DNA of 63,977 nucleotides, the filler included, from Octopus bimaculoides (lineage: Eukaryota), in the NCBI RefSeq assembly GCF_001194135.2. It is 4 parts of 3 records of this genome, joined end to end, with 100 filler letters (N's around TTAATTAATTAA, not from the genome) between each part and the next. Parts side by side here need not be neighbours in the genome. Positions count along the whole stretch, not along the records: positions 1 to 10,339 come from NC_068991.1; positions 10,440 to 40,190 come from NC_069002.1; 2 more parts are not named here. The stretch is one strand, 5' to 3'. Under the pieces are notes generated by a model. It searched no databases. It was not told the origin of the DNA and saw only the letters and a list, made by a program, of their open reading frames with translations. Of the stretch, positions 1 to 11,452 are shown piece after piece. The first letter of the stretch is position 1, and each line of letters starts with the position of its first letter. The translations under genes were made by a program, and so were the position numbers.

Positions 1-523
1 TATATAGAAAGAGAGAGAGTTTGGTGACAGGGTGCATTGTCATCAGGAAGAATCTAATTCTTTGCACTCCATTGATATGGTTCCTTTTGTCAAATGTCCT
101 CCCTCAAATGCTTCAAAATGTCGCAGTAGAACTTTCAATTGACAGTCTGGCCCTGGGGGGTGGGAGGGCGAATTCTTGATACACAATACTGTGGATGTCA
201 GCAAAAAAAAAAACAATGTGCATGCTTTGGATTGAGCTGTGCCTCTATCATGCTGCTTTTGAAGCAATCATGCTCCTTGGAACATTGCATATGACCCATT
301 ACCTCATTGGTCGTAAGCTTGCCAAAGCATGCTCAATGTCTCAGCAGCAGACTTCCCAAGTTTAACACAAAATTTCACATTGGCTCTTTGTTCCGACTTC
401 CTGTCCATCACAAAAATCATCACAGACTGCAGCATCATCACATCATCACAAAAACACAAATTTCATAACCAGTGAAGTAAATAGAGTGATGTCACTCGGC
501 ACACTGCTTCATGAAGGTCACTG
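1..523 (-). mobile_element. Mariner (DD34D-type) transposon, internally deleted and decayed
   Basis: Manual minus-strand translation gives the N-terminal KSEQRANVKFCVKLGKSAAETLSMLWQAY, then jumps to PQGQTVN*KFYCDILKHLREDI...ILPDDNAPCH (mariner HDNAPxH motif). Stops and frameshifts present. Confidence 0.85.
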
Positions 524-965
524 CTAGCTCTCACTGCACATGCAGCCGTGCACTGTCATCTGTTGGTGCACTACAGAACTAGTCCTGGAACTTTTAAATA
601 CCACCTCATATATAATATGCACCCATATATATATATACATATTGGGGTAAGCGAAAGCGAAATCGTGATGACACCTGTGCCCAGCATCGCCTTTCTGGCA
701 CTTGTGCCNNNNNNNNNNNNNNNNNNNNNNNNNNNNNNNNNNNNNNNNNNNNNNNNNNNNNNNNNNNNNNNNNNNNNNNNNNNNNNNNNNNNNNNNNNNN
801 NNNNNNNNATGTCCATGTGTGTATGCAGAAGTATATATGGATGTATGTATATGCATATATATGTGCTTATATGTATGTATATATATGTACATATATATAT
901 GTATATGTACATACACACATATATATATGTGAATATATGAATGCATGTACATACATATATGCATA

Positions 966-1045
<80 letters not shown>

Positions 1046-1639
1046 CATGTATGTATGTGTGACTTTGTGTTAAGATTCCTACCACAAAGCTTCAGTTGTA
1101 ATACAAGGTTTCAACATACACACCACACCATACCACCCCTTATGCCAAACCCTACACCACCCTATCCCTCTCCACTCCACAGTACTGCAACAGATCAATG
1201 CTTTCATTGTACTCTAGAGGTAGAATAACTAATCTTGAAGGTGGCAGGGAATGAACAACAACAACAACAAAAGAAAGAAAGAAACATTGCAAAGAACACA
1301 CACAGTTATACATAAACTCATATGTACAACGTGGAGGTAGGACAAGGGTTAATCCTTGGCTCACTTTACACATACATTCACAAATGTATTCAAACGCTCA
1401 CATACAATCTGAACCCATACTCTGAAAGTGCTATCTGCCTGAGAAAATTTGACCTTTAATCATGCACACTATAACCACTCCTACTACACCCTCCAGCACT
1501 GCCACCACACTCACTTTCTCACACATTCACCCACTCATTCTCATGCATATTATCCATGTTTGTTCTGTGTCTCTACTACCATGTTTATGGCTACAACAGT
1601 CTCTGGTACGAGTGTGAGTGAGACCGTAAATAGAATCTC

Positions 1640-1790
1640 TTAATGGTTTGTATGAGACCAAACGCAAGCTCTCTCATTGGCTGCTGTGAGACCATATAGA
1701 TGCTCACTCATTGGCTAGTGTGAGGCCACATACAAGCTCTCGCTTTGTTTTAGCAGGAGATCTCACCAAAGCTCTTTCATTGGCTGAGTG
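1640..1790. repeat. Degenerate ~34-bp minisatellite with ATTGG (CCAAT) core, cluster 1
   Basis: ATTGG at 1676, 1710 and 1779 in ctct(c)attggct context; degenerate units at about 1642 and 1743. Confidence 0.75.
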
Positions 1791-2572
1791 GAAAAGTGTG
1801 AGGTTTACATTGAAATCAGAGGGCTTACATTGAATGATTGCAGAAGCAGGTCTCAGGGTTAGAGGCTGTAGTAGGGGACAAGGTTAGGGACTAGGCAGGA
1901 GTGGAAGATGAAAGGCAAAATTAACTCTGGCAGGATCTGAACTCAGAATATAAATTGACAGAACAAAACTACCAATGTAGCATATTTCCTGGCGTTCTAC
2001 TGATTCTGCTAGAATGTCCTACCACCCCTACATATAAATTCAAAAAATGGTGCAGTGCCCATGACTTTTGGAAGCCTTCATACTCAGAATTGTTAAACCA
2101 TAGAATAAACTACCTGCTTCCATTGTTAACTGTCAGGATACTGCATCTTTCAAAAATTCCAAGCTTCCTGAAATTCACCAACATCCTTGTTCTTATGTCT
2201 CTTTCAACCCTTTTATTACCATATTTTTGTCTACATTTATTTCAATTAATTATGAAAACACTGAAAACAAATTATTAAAATAATTTCGTCATTATTAAGT
2301 TGGTGTTTGGAGCATAATTTAGCCTGAACTTTTGAAGGCAAGTTTTAATTTAGATCAGATTAAAGCAAGAAATGTATATCAGGATCAGGGGGCAGTCTTG
2401 GGCAGGTTAGTATCTAAAGGGTTAATATTCACTTTTCTGTATGTTTGTGTTTTATTCTGTGTACTGTGCATGTACTTCTAGCTTTCATTGCTTTCTTTCT
2501 TTATTTACTCCTTGTCCCCTCTTGTAATATTCTCTGAGTAGTAGTGCACATGAGCATTGCATACAACAAGCT

Positions 2573-2612
<40 letters not shown>

Positions 2613-2829
2613 GTATATATCTGTGTATTAAGGCTACCATTAGTTTCATGTTAAGAAAAATTTCTTAATGTCTTAACAATTTTCCAAGCTGAACATAATA
2701 ATAATAATAATAATTTGTCTCTATTTTGGATGAAAATACCAAAATCGAGACAAATTCAATTCATTCGTGTGATCAGCTTGAAAAAATTCTTCATTGTTTG
2801 GCATTTACGCACACACACACACACACACA

Positions 2830-3135
2830 CACACATCATGTGATCATGTGATTGACCTGCGATTGGATGTCATTATACATTGCTGATCATAATGCATTTT
2901 GCATCCTTTTCGCTTTCGAACGATGTCACCCTACTGGCTAAAGTGAGCAGCCCAGCATTCCCTCATATTGGAAAGTTAGTCCGTTTTAGGGTTACCCATT
3001 TACAGCTGAGAGTACTGGAATAATGTAAAATGAAGTATCTTGCTCAAGAACACAATACATCATCCAATCTGAGAATCGAACTCATGATCTGCCATTCGTG
3101 AGTGAAACACACTAACCACTTAGCCATGCACCTTC
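2830..3135 (-). mobile_element. tRNA-derived SINE family F, CpG-decayed copy
   Basis: Shares ttacagctgag..actgga..tgaagtatcttgctcaagaacaca..gaatcgaac with copies at 32110, 35260, 42290 and 46700; the head has A/B-box-like motifs. Confidence 0.7.
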
Positions 3136-3444
3136 ACACATACACACATAATATTATATATAAAACTAGAATCTGGAAGAAGAAAGAATACACAAGATGT
3201 GTAAAGATATCAATACTATATGTGTTTCAGTTGTTGTTTAACCCTGAGTCAGGTCTGAGAAAAAAAAACAACCCAAAATACCAACAACTTCCTTTTAATG
3301 AAAGCATTCTAGATACCATCAATTTATTTTCAGATAATACATTTCAAGAGTACTTCGTCTAGTGTGTCCTTCGCATTTTAAGATTATAAGATAAGGTTTG
3401 AAGGAGATTTTTGTAGCAAACTGAGAAACCATGTTGAGGATGTC

Positions 3445-3800
3445 TCCTTAGCTTGTGTGGCTATGTTAAGGCTTTTCTTATTGGCTTGTGTGAGACTATG
3501 TGGAAAGTCTCTGATTGGCTCATTTGAGACCATGGTTAGGCTTTGGCTAGTCTGACCTCTCTCATTGGCTTGTGTGAGAAATGTAGCCAGTCTTTGATTG
3601 GCTTGTACATGGCTTCATACAAGCTTTCCCATTGGGTTGTGTAAGAAATAATGGTCTCTGATTTGTTAGTACATAACTTCATACAAGCTTTCTCATTGGC
3701 TAGTCTAAGAAATTAGAAGGGTTCTGATTGGCTAGTTTAAGTCTCATACAAGCTCTTTCATTAGTTGGTGTAAAACCCTATTGTGACTTCCTTGTTGGCC
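3445..3800. repeat. Degenerate ~33-bp minisatellite with ATTGG (CCAAT) core, cluster 2
   Basis: Intact ATTGG at 3480, 3514, 3564, 3597, 3631, 3695 and 3727; degenerate units at 3661, 3760 and 3794. Confidence 0.8.
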
Positions 3801-4559
3801 TGTTGTTTTTGTTGTTGTTGTTTGTAGTAATTAATCCCAGTTAAGTCCCTGACATTACAGAAATATGATCAAAAACAGCACAGGCTTGACAATGTCATTT
3901 TTCCTGAGGAATCTAGAAATGCAATATGTAATGTCTTTTTTTTTATAAGGTGGTAGGGTCTGATTTAAGGGAGATTTAGCTGCTATTTCTGGCAATTTAA
4001 ATGATTCACTTGAGAAGTTCATTCTATAGATGAGTCATTTCACTGTACACTAAACTAATTACATATTTCATATTGTTTCAAAAATTAATAATGAAAAAAA
4101 AAAAATTAATAGATCCTTAAACCAGAGAGATTAATGAAAGAAAGTTTCTGTAAATTATTAATTTAATGTTCAGTTGTTTACTTTAATTATATTAATAGTA
4201 TGTCTGTCTGTCTGTCTGTCAGTATGTATGTACATATGCACATTTGTATGTATGTATGTATATAAGTATGTCTGTCCATCTATCACTTCATAAACATTGA
4301 ATTATATATATATGTGCGTGTATTACCATTGTTATTATTATTATTATTATTGTGATTATTATTAATCAAATACTTTATTACAGTGTCGTAATAGCCAAAT
4401 TACCAATTGACTTCACACACACACACACACACACATATATGAATGTGTGTGTATGCGTTTATGATAATACACATATGCATGTGTATGTATGCACATATAC
4501 ATATTTGTGTCTACATATCTATATACGTATGTATGTATATATGTGTGCGTGTAATATGA

Positions 4560-5330
4560 ATGCAACATGGTTGAATGGTTAAGAAATTCACTTCACAATC
4601 ATTAGGTCCCATGTTCAATTTTACTGCATGATATTTTGGGTGTCATTTACCATATCCTCTAATAGAACCAAGCCTTGTGAATGAAATTGGGTCATTGGAA
4701 ACTGTTCAAAATTCATCTGATGGATTGCACCTGTACTTCAAAGTCTCAGTGTTGCCACACACTACTATGAATTACATTAGAGGTACATGTGTTTGAGGAA
4801 TACTCAGCCACTACACTATAATCCAATGTGGAGGTAGGCCAATTGATTGAGCATTTGAACACTCATTGCCAAAATCCATAGGGTCCATTGCTACTTTGTA
4901 GATGCTGAATGATTAAGAATATTTGCTTCTCAATTACAAGGTCTTGGGTTCCATCCTGCTGTGTGTTATCTTGAGCAAGAGTTCTTTACAATAGCATTAA
5001 GTCAATCCAAGCTGTGAGTGTGAAATTCAGTAGATGGAAACTGTATGGAAGCTTGTAGGATAAATTGTAGCTATACACTGTGTTTTGCTGAATCTGCCTG
5101 AGAATTAGTTTAAGGGTACATGTGTCTTTGGAATACTCGACCACTTACATGCCAGTTGACTGGGTAGTTTATTTAATCAAACAACTGAACAGGCATCCAT
5201 ACTGTGGCACCTTCTTCCCTCTGTCAGCCAGCACAGCTGAGCATTATGCAACAGAATATGCAAATCCTTGGCCAGGCTCAAGAGTCATACGACAGCCTGA
5301 CACTGCATCAGCAACGACTCATTGCAAGGA
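4560..5330 (+). mobile_element. Two tandem, heavily CpG-decayed SINE B head + family G composites
   Basis: tggttaagaa..ttc..cactgc..gcaag..agatggaaactgta and gctgaatctgcctgagaa..aagggtacatgtgtc match younger copies at 18485 and 11300. Confidence 0.65.
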
Positions 5331-5450
5331 TTCTTTTGAGCAATGGTTTTGCTCATGTACAAGAAAACAGCTGCTCTGTGTGTATGTGTTTGTGTGTGTG
5401 TGTGTGTGTTTGTGTGTGTGTACATATATATATGTGTCTGTGTTTGTGAG

Positions 5451-5493
<43 letters not shown>

Positions 5494-5560
5494 GTCTGTC
5501 TGTCTCTCTGTGTGTCTGTCTGTCTGTCTCTCTGTGTGTCTGTCTGTCTGTCTCTCTCTG

Positions 5561-5615
<55 letters not shown>

Positions 5616-5619
5616 CATC

Positions 5620-5701
5620 ATCATCATCATCATCATCGTTTAATGTCCGCTTTCCATGCTAGCATGGAAAGCGGACGTTAAACGATGATGATGATGATGA
5701 T
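5620..5701. repeat. 82-nt near-perfect palindrome of family E ends
   Basis: catcgtttaatgtccgctttccatgct|agcatggaaagcggacgttaaacgatg with (CAT)n/(ATG)n arms and one mismatch; abuts a gap. Confidence 0.9.
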
Positions 5702-6347
5702 NNNNNNNNNNNNNNNNNNNNNNNNNNNNNNNNNNNNNNNNNNNNNNNNNNNNNNNNNNNNNNNNNNNNNNNNNNNNNNNNNNNNNNNNNNNNNNNNNNN
5801 NNNNNNNNNNNNNNNNNNNNNNNNNNNNNNNNNNNNNNNNNNNNNNNNNNNNNNNNNNNNNNNNNNNNNNNNNNNNNNNNNNNNNNNNNNNNNNNNNNNN
5901 NNNNNNNNNNNNNNNNNNNNNNNNNNNNNNNNNNNNNNNNNNNNNNNNNNNNNNNNNNNNNNNNNNNNNNNNNNNNNNNNNNNNNNNNNNNNNNNNNNNN
6001 NNNNNNNNNNNNNNNNNNNNNNNNNNNNNNNNNNNNNNNNNNNNNNNNNNNNNNNNNNNNNNNNNNNNNNNNNNNNNNNNNNNNNNNNNNNNNNNNNNNN
6101 NNNNNNNNNNNNNNNNNNNNNNNNNNNNNNNNNNNNNNNNNNNNNNNNNNNNNNNNNNNNNNNNNNNNNNNNNNNNNNNNNNNNNNNNNNNNNNNNNNNN
6201 NNNNNNNNNNNNNNNNNNNNNNNNNNNNNNNNNNNNNNNNNNNNNNNNNNNNNNNNNNNNNNNNNNNNNNNNNNNNNNNNNNNNNNNNNNNNNNNNNNNN
6301 NNNNNNNNNNNNNNNNNNNNNNNNNNNNNNNNNNNNNNNNNNNNNNN

Positions 6348-6410
<63 letters not shown>

Positions 6411-6416
6411 TATATA

Positions 6417-6586
6417 GAGGAGGCGCAATGGCCCAGTGGTTAGGGCAGCAGATTCGCGGTCATAGGGTCGCAGTTTCGATTCCCAGACTGGGCGTTGTGA
6501 CTGTTTATTGAGCGAAAACACCTAAAAGCTCTACGAGGCTCTGGCAGGGGATGGTAGCGAACCCTGCTGTACTCTTTCACCACAAC
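6417..6586 (+). mobile_element. tRNA-derived SINE family C, 3'-truncated
   Basis: A box tggcccagtggttagg and B-box-like gtttcgattccc; homologous to 38815-39090. Confidence 0.85.
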
Positions 6587-6691
6587 TGCCCGATCAGTTT
6601 GGAGCCTGGTGTGGCCTCCTGGCTTGCCAGTCCCCAGTCAAACCGTCCAACCCATGCTAGCATGGAAAGCGGACGTTAAACGATGATGATG
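6587..6691 (+). mobile_element. Family E retroposon 3' end with (GAT)n tail
   Basis: ccgtccaacccatgctagcatggaaagcggacgttaaacgatgatgatg is homologous to the reverse complement of 8885-8940. Confidence 0.8.
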
Positions 6692-6818
6692 CTCCAGTGT
6701 AGGGTTTTAAGTTGAATGTTGTAAAGGGGTCAGCATAACGATCAGTGATGAGACCTCAAGGAAACATTCCTGCTTCAAACAACAAATGTAAGTTACAGTT
6801 AGGAGTCTCCACCTGCTT

Positions 6819-6878
6819 GGGTTGATCATGTGCCTGCAGGGTTGATCATGTGCCTGCAGGGTTGATCATGTGCCTTCA
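6819..6878. repeat. 20-bp tandem repeat x3
   Basis: gggttgatcatgtgcctgca three times, last copy with a mismatch. Confidence 0.9.
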
Positions 6879-6999
6879 GGCTTGCTCAGGCTTGGGCATG
6901 GTTCTTTGTGGATGAATAAATACTTAACCATGCATGAATTTTCTTTCTCTGTAATTTAAAATAAAGTTTGAATGGTCACTTGCTTGGTTGCAAGGTTTT

Positions 7000-7600
7000 G
7001 AAGAAAAACATCTTGTTTTGCTCATCATCCTTTAAGTCTTGCAGAATGGTCTTGCAGACTTTTATAGTCCCAGATATTGTGATGATTTGAAGAGTATGAA
7101 TTAAGGATTTGCATTCTGTACCCAATATCCCAAGGTCAGCCATACTGGCTTTGTATGTATGTGTGTGTACATGCAGGCTTCTAAGACATCATCTGACGTT
7201 ATTTGATATAACATTAGTAGTGACTTCCTAGACTTTAATAATGTTTTATTCATGATTGAGAGAGTGTTGAATACAAAACTATGTTCTTGATGTGTGCTGT
7301 TCAAGTGTTTGTTTTTGAGTGTTTGTGTTGAAGATTAAGAATGGCGCTCCTTATGTCCCTAATGGAGATAATTCATTCAAGGTCTCTTTAGAAAAGTAGT
7401 GTGTGTCTTGTGAGAGGTACAATGTCTAGGTTGCTTATGTATAATATCTGAAAGCTGAAAGGGAAAGATCTGCAAAATGAGGTGATGGTTGTGAGGGTAT
7501 TGTTAGCAAAGGAGTTAGATGTAAGAAGTGGCTGCTAGCTGGTCATTGTTAATTTCTAAAGAAGGGACAATGTGTTGCGTATCAGCCTAAATGTTGTAGT
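7000..7600 (-). mobile_element. Possible highly decayed Penelope-like RT remnant
   Basis: Minus strand FVFN...KHY..V.GVT resembles the Penelope RT FxFNxxHYxQxxGVxMG motif only after frameshift correction. Confidence 0.25.
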
Positions 7601-8052
7601 CTGTCAGAGTTCATAAAATGTGAGGGCAGGCCACCACATACTGCAATCCTGCATTCAATCTGAAAATTTCTAGTCTGGGACACGAGAGTAGGTGGAGCCC
7701 ATATATAAAGATGTACATACTGATATTATTCATATATGCAAGTACTCACAAAGACGAACATACAAACGTACGCACACATAAGAGAAAGGTAGATCAAAGG
7801 CACGTATATGAGCGCGTGTGTTTGTATGTGAGTGTGTATGTCTGCATGTGTGCATTTCTGCATGCGTGCACTTGTGTGTGTATGTGTGTGTGTTTGTGTG
7901 TGATTTGAGAGTCATTAGCAAGCTGCTTCAGACTGTCGCCACTCTGGGTTTTATATAATAAAGAATCCATTCTAAACAGTTGGCTGTAAAACAAAGCCAG
8001 CAGGTTTCTCGTTAAAGTACCAAGTCTGCAGAAAACGTTATGGTTATGTATG

Positions 8053-8095
<43 letters not shown>

Positions 8096-8884
8096 NNNNN
8101 NNNNNNNNNNNNNNNNNNNNNNNNNNNNNNNNNNNNNNNNNNNNNNNNNNNNNNNNNNNNNNNNNNNNNNNNNNNNNNNNNNNNNNNNNNNNNNNNNNNN
8201 NNNNNNNNNNNNNNNNNNNNNNNNNNNNNATATATATATATATATATAAATGTATATATACACACATATATACATATATACACACACAATATGTATGTGT
8301 ATTGCATATGGTCGGATTTTTAAGCATAAATTATATGTATATATAATGTATATATATGAGTGTGGTGTAAAATAAGGGAAAGGAACCCCTGTTAGGATCT
8401 CTGTGTTTTTGTGTCTTATGCTATTTTGTAGAGATCTTATATACACATACATACACATACACACATTTATGTGTGTATATATATATATATATATAAAGAG
8501 AGAGAGAGATAGTGATGCAGATAAACACATGTAGACTTGATATACAAAATATACATACATATACACATGAAAATATATAAGGATATATATAGAAACAAAA
8601 ACAGAAAATTTTCAGAAGATGAACAATTGCATATAAGCATATAGATATCTATATAATTACAGAACAAATTTTACGTGGGGTACAAAAAATACAGAAAACT
8701 GAGGGGAGAGGCATGGTATTTGAAGTCCAACAGCTGTTTTTAGGAAGATGGACCATGCAAAAAGTCAAAAGATATGCAATCAGTAGGGGACGCATATAAC
8801 CATTATTGTAAGATTGACCTCCATCTTCAGGGTGGAAAGATCAGTGTGTGTGCGAAATATATGTATATATATATATATATATAT

Positions 8885-9174
8885 ATCATCATCATCATCA
8901 TCACTTAACGTCTGCTTTCCATGCTAGCATGGGTTGGACGATTGACTGAGGACTGGTGAACCAGATGGCTACACCAGGCTCCAGTCTGATTTGGCAGAGT
9001 TTCTACAGCTGGATGCCCTTCCTAATGCCAACCACTTTGAGAGTGTAGTGAGTGCTTTTACATGCCACCGGCACGAAGGCCAGTCAGGCGGTACTGGCAA
9101 CAGCCATGCTCGAAATGGTGTCTTTTACGTGCCACCTGCACAGGAGCCAGTCCAGCGGTACTGGCAACGATCTC
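8885..9174 (-). mobile_element. Family E retroposon copy running into a gap
   Basis: (CAT)n tail followed by ttaacgtctgctttccatgctagcatgggttggacg...ggatgcccttcctaatgccaacc; contains an internal duplicated gcggtactggcaac unit. Confidence 0.8.
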
Positions 9175-9941
9175 NNNNNNNNNNNNNNNNNNNNNNNNNN
9201 NNNNNNNNNNNNNNNNNNNNNNNNNNNNNNNNNNNNNNNNNNNNNNNNNNNNNNNNNNNNNNNNNNNNNNNNNNNNNNNNNNNNNNNNNNNNNNNNNNNN
9301 NNNNNNNNNNNNNNNNNNNNNNNNNNNNNNNNNNNNNNNNNNNNNNNNNNNNNNNNNNNNNNNNNNNNNNNNNNNNNNNNNNNNNNNNNNNNNNNNNNNN
9401 NNNNNNNNNNNNNNNNNNNNNNNNNNNNNNNNNNNNNNNNNNNNNNNNNNNNNNNNNNNNNNNNNNNNNNNNNNNNNNNNNNNNNNNNNNNNNNNNNNNN
9501 NNNNNNNNNNNNNNNNNNNNNNNNNNNNNNNNNNNNNNNNNNNNNNNNNNNNNNNNNNNNNNNNNNNNNNNNNNNNNNNNNNNNNNNNNNNNNNNNNNNN
9601 NNNNNNNNNNNNNNNNNNNNNNNNNNNNNNNNNNNNNNNNNNNNNNNNNNNNNNNNNNNNNNNNNNNNNNNNNNNNNNNNNNNNNNNNNNNNNNNNNNNN
9701 NNNNNNNNNNNNNNNNNNNNNNNNNNNNNNNNNNNNNNNNNNNNNNNNNNNNNNNNNNNNNNNNNNNNNNNNNNNNNNNNNNNNNNNNNNNNNNNNNNNN
9801 NNNNNNNNNNNNNNNNNNNNNNNNNNNNNNNNNNNNNNNNNNNNNNNNNNNNNNNNNNNNNNNNNNNNNNNNNNNNNNNNNNNNNNNNNNNNNNNNNNNN
9901 NNNNNNNNNNNNNNNNNNNNNNNNNNNNNNNNNNNNNNNNN

Positions 9942-9989
<48 letters not shown>

Positions 9990-10029
9990 TTTTCATATCT
10001 CTTTTACACTTCCTTCCATCTCTAATTTG

Positions 10030-10339
10030 TTCTCTCATCTTTCCTACACTTCCTCTTTTTAAACTTATGCTTTCTCTCATCTCTCCTACACTTTTTCCCA
10101 TCCCTTTTACACTTTCTCTCATCACTCCTTCAGTTTCATCTCTCCTACACTTTCTCTCATCTTTCTTAAACTTTCATCTCTCCTACACTTTCTCTCATCT
10201 TTTCTACACTTTCTGTCATCTTTCTTAAACTTTCATCTCTCCTACACTTTCTCTCATCTCTCCTACACTTTCTTTCATCTTTCTTAAACTTTCATCTCTC
10301 CTACACTTTCTCTCATCTCTCCTACACTTTCTCTCATCT
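10030..10339. repeat. Pyrimidine-rich minisatellite (about 17-21 bp units)
   Basis: Alternating catctctcctacactttctct and catctttcttaaacttt units. Confidence 0.9.
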
Positions 10340-10837
10340 NNNNNNNNNNNNNNNNNNNNNNNNNNNNNNNNNNNNNNNNNNNNTTAATTAATTAANNNNN
10401 NNNNNNNNNNNNNNNNNNNNNNNNNNNNNNNNNNNNNNNGTGTGTGTGTGTGTGTGTGTGTGTGACTGCAGTTTAGATATTCATATACAAGCCACTCTGT
10501 AACGGTTTTGCAGTTTTATTAAATGCCAGGACGTCACTCTCGTACCGTTACGTAAAATTCGTTCTGCTTGTCAAGATTTTGTTTACATTTCCATAAGTAG
10601 CTCTGTTCTACCTAGTCCCAAGCTCAGCAGCTTGGAAAAAAGGATGTAAGTGATCCCTAATGAGTATTTTATGGAAGGCGAAGAGCCTAAATTACTCGGT
10701 TCCTTTCCTGTTTCGGCTCTGCTAAATGCTCTGCGGTTTAACCCGAAGGACTAATTTTCCAGCGAGACTAAATATGTTTTGTATCTTTATATTTTTAAAT
10801 TTATTTTTTAGTTGTTTCTTTGTACCTTTAACGATAT

Positions 10838-11090
10838 ATCTCTATATATAAAAGATATATCCAGATATATAAAAGAAAGATTCTGTCCATTTGTGTGTTT
10901 GTTTGTCCCATAAAATGAAACTAAATGGTTCAAGGGAGGGAACACTAATTGTGCTTCAATAAAGTCTTCTGTATTATGACATCATGTGAAAACATTTCAC
11001 CTTTTGACAAATATGAGATCGAGGCTTTCAAGAGAGCAATCAGTTGTACTATTTGCAGAGCAGCTTTTGAAACACGGTGAAGGGTGAGTT
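10838..11090 (+). mobile_element. Non-autonomous Helitron with PIF1-helicase fragment
   Basis: Helitron-like 5' end tctctatatataaaag. 10950-11085 translates as CASIKSSVL*HHVKTFHLLTNMRSRLSREQSVVLFAEQLLKHGEG, matching the RepHel CLKSSxLWxxVxxLxLTxNMR...FxxQLLxIGxG motif. Confidence 0.75.
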
Positions 11091-11229
11091 TCAATCCAAT
11101 ATGTAATTCAACTGATTCCATCGATGTTGCTGGAAAATTATGCCTCAATTAACTTCCGTTACATTTAACTTCCGTTAACTCCAAGTCTGCTTGAGTTAAT
11201 TTCCGTTAACTCAAGGGTCTCGTCTACTG

Positions 11230-11452
11230 TACCCCTCGGTCGACGCACTTTTGGCAGTCATCGACAAAAGGTTTAGGACCAGCCCTGACACACTCTGTGT
11301 CACGCTGAATCTGCCTGAGAACTACATTAAGGGTACATGTGTCTGTGGAGTACTCAGCCACTTGCATAGTAATTTCACGAGCAGACTGTTCAGTTTGTTC
11401 GGAGCAACTGGAACACTCATCGTCGTAACCGACGGAGTAAATACCAGTAAAA
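11230..11452 (+). mobile_element. Family G interspersed repeat, CpG-retaining copy
   Basis: gtcacgctgaatctgcctgagaactacattaagggtac..cgtcgtaaccgacggag; other copies at 42095 (minus) and 46270. Confidence 0.75.

Noticed and set aside
10384-10395. ttaattaattaa isolated inside Ns (also 40235-40246 and 61821-61832)
   Set aside because: Each is 44 N + 12 + 44 N = 100 bp with stops in all six frames; an artificial scaffolding linker.
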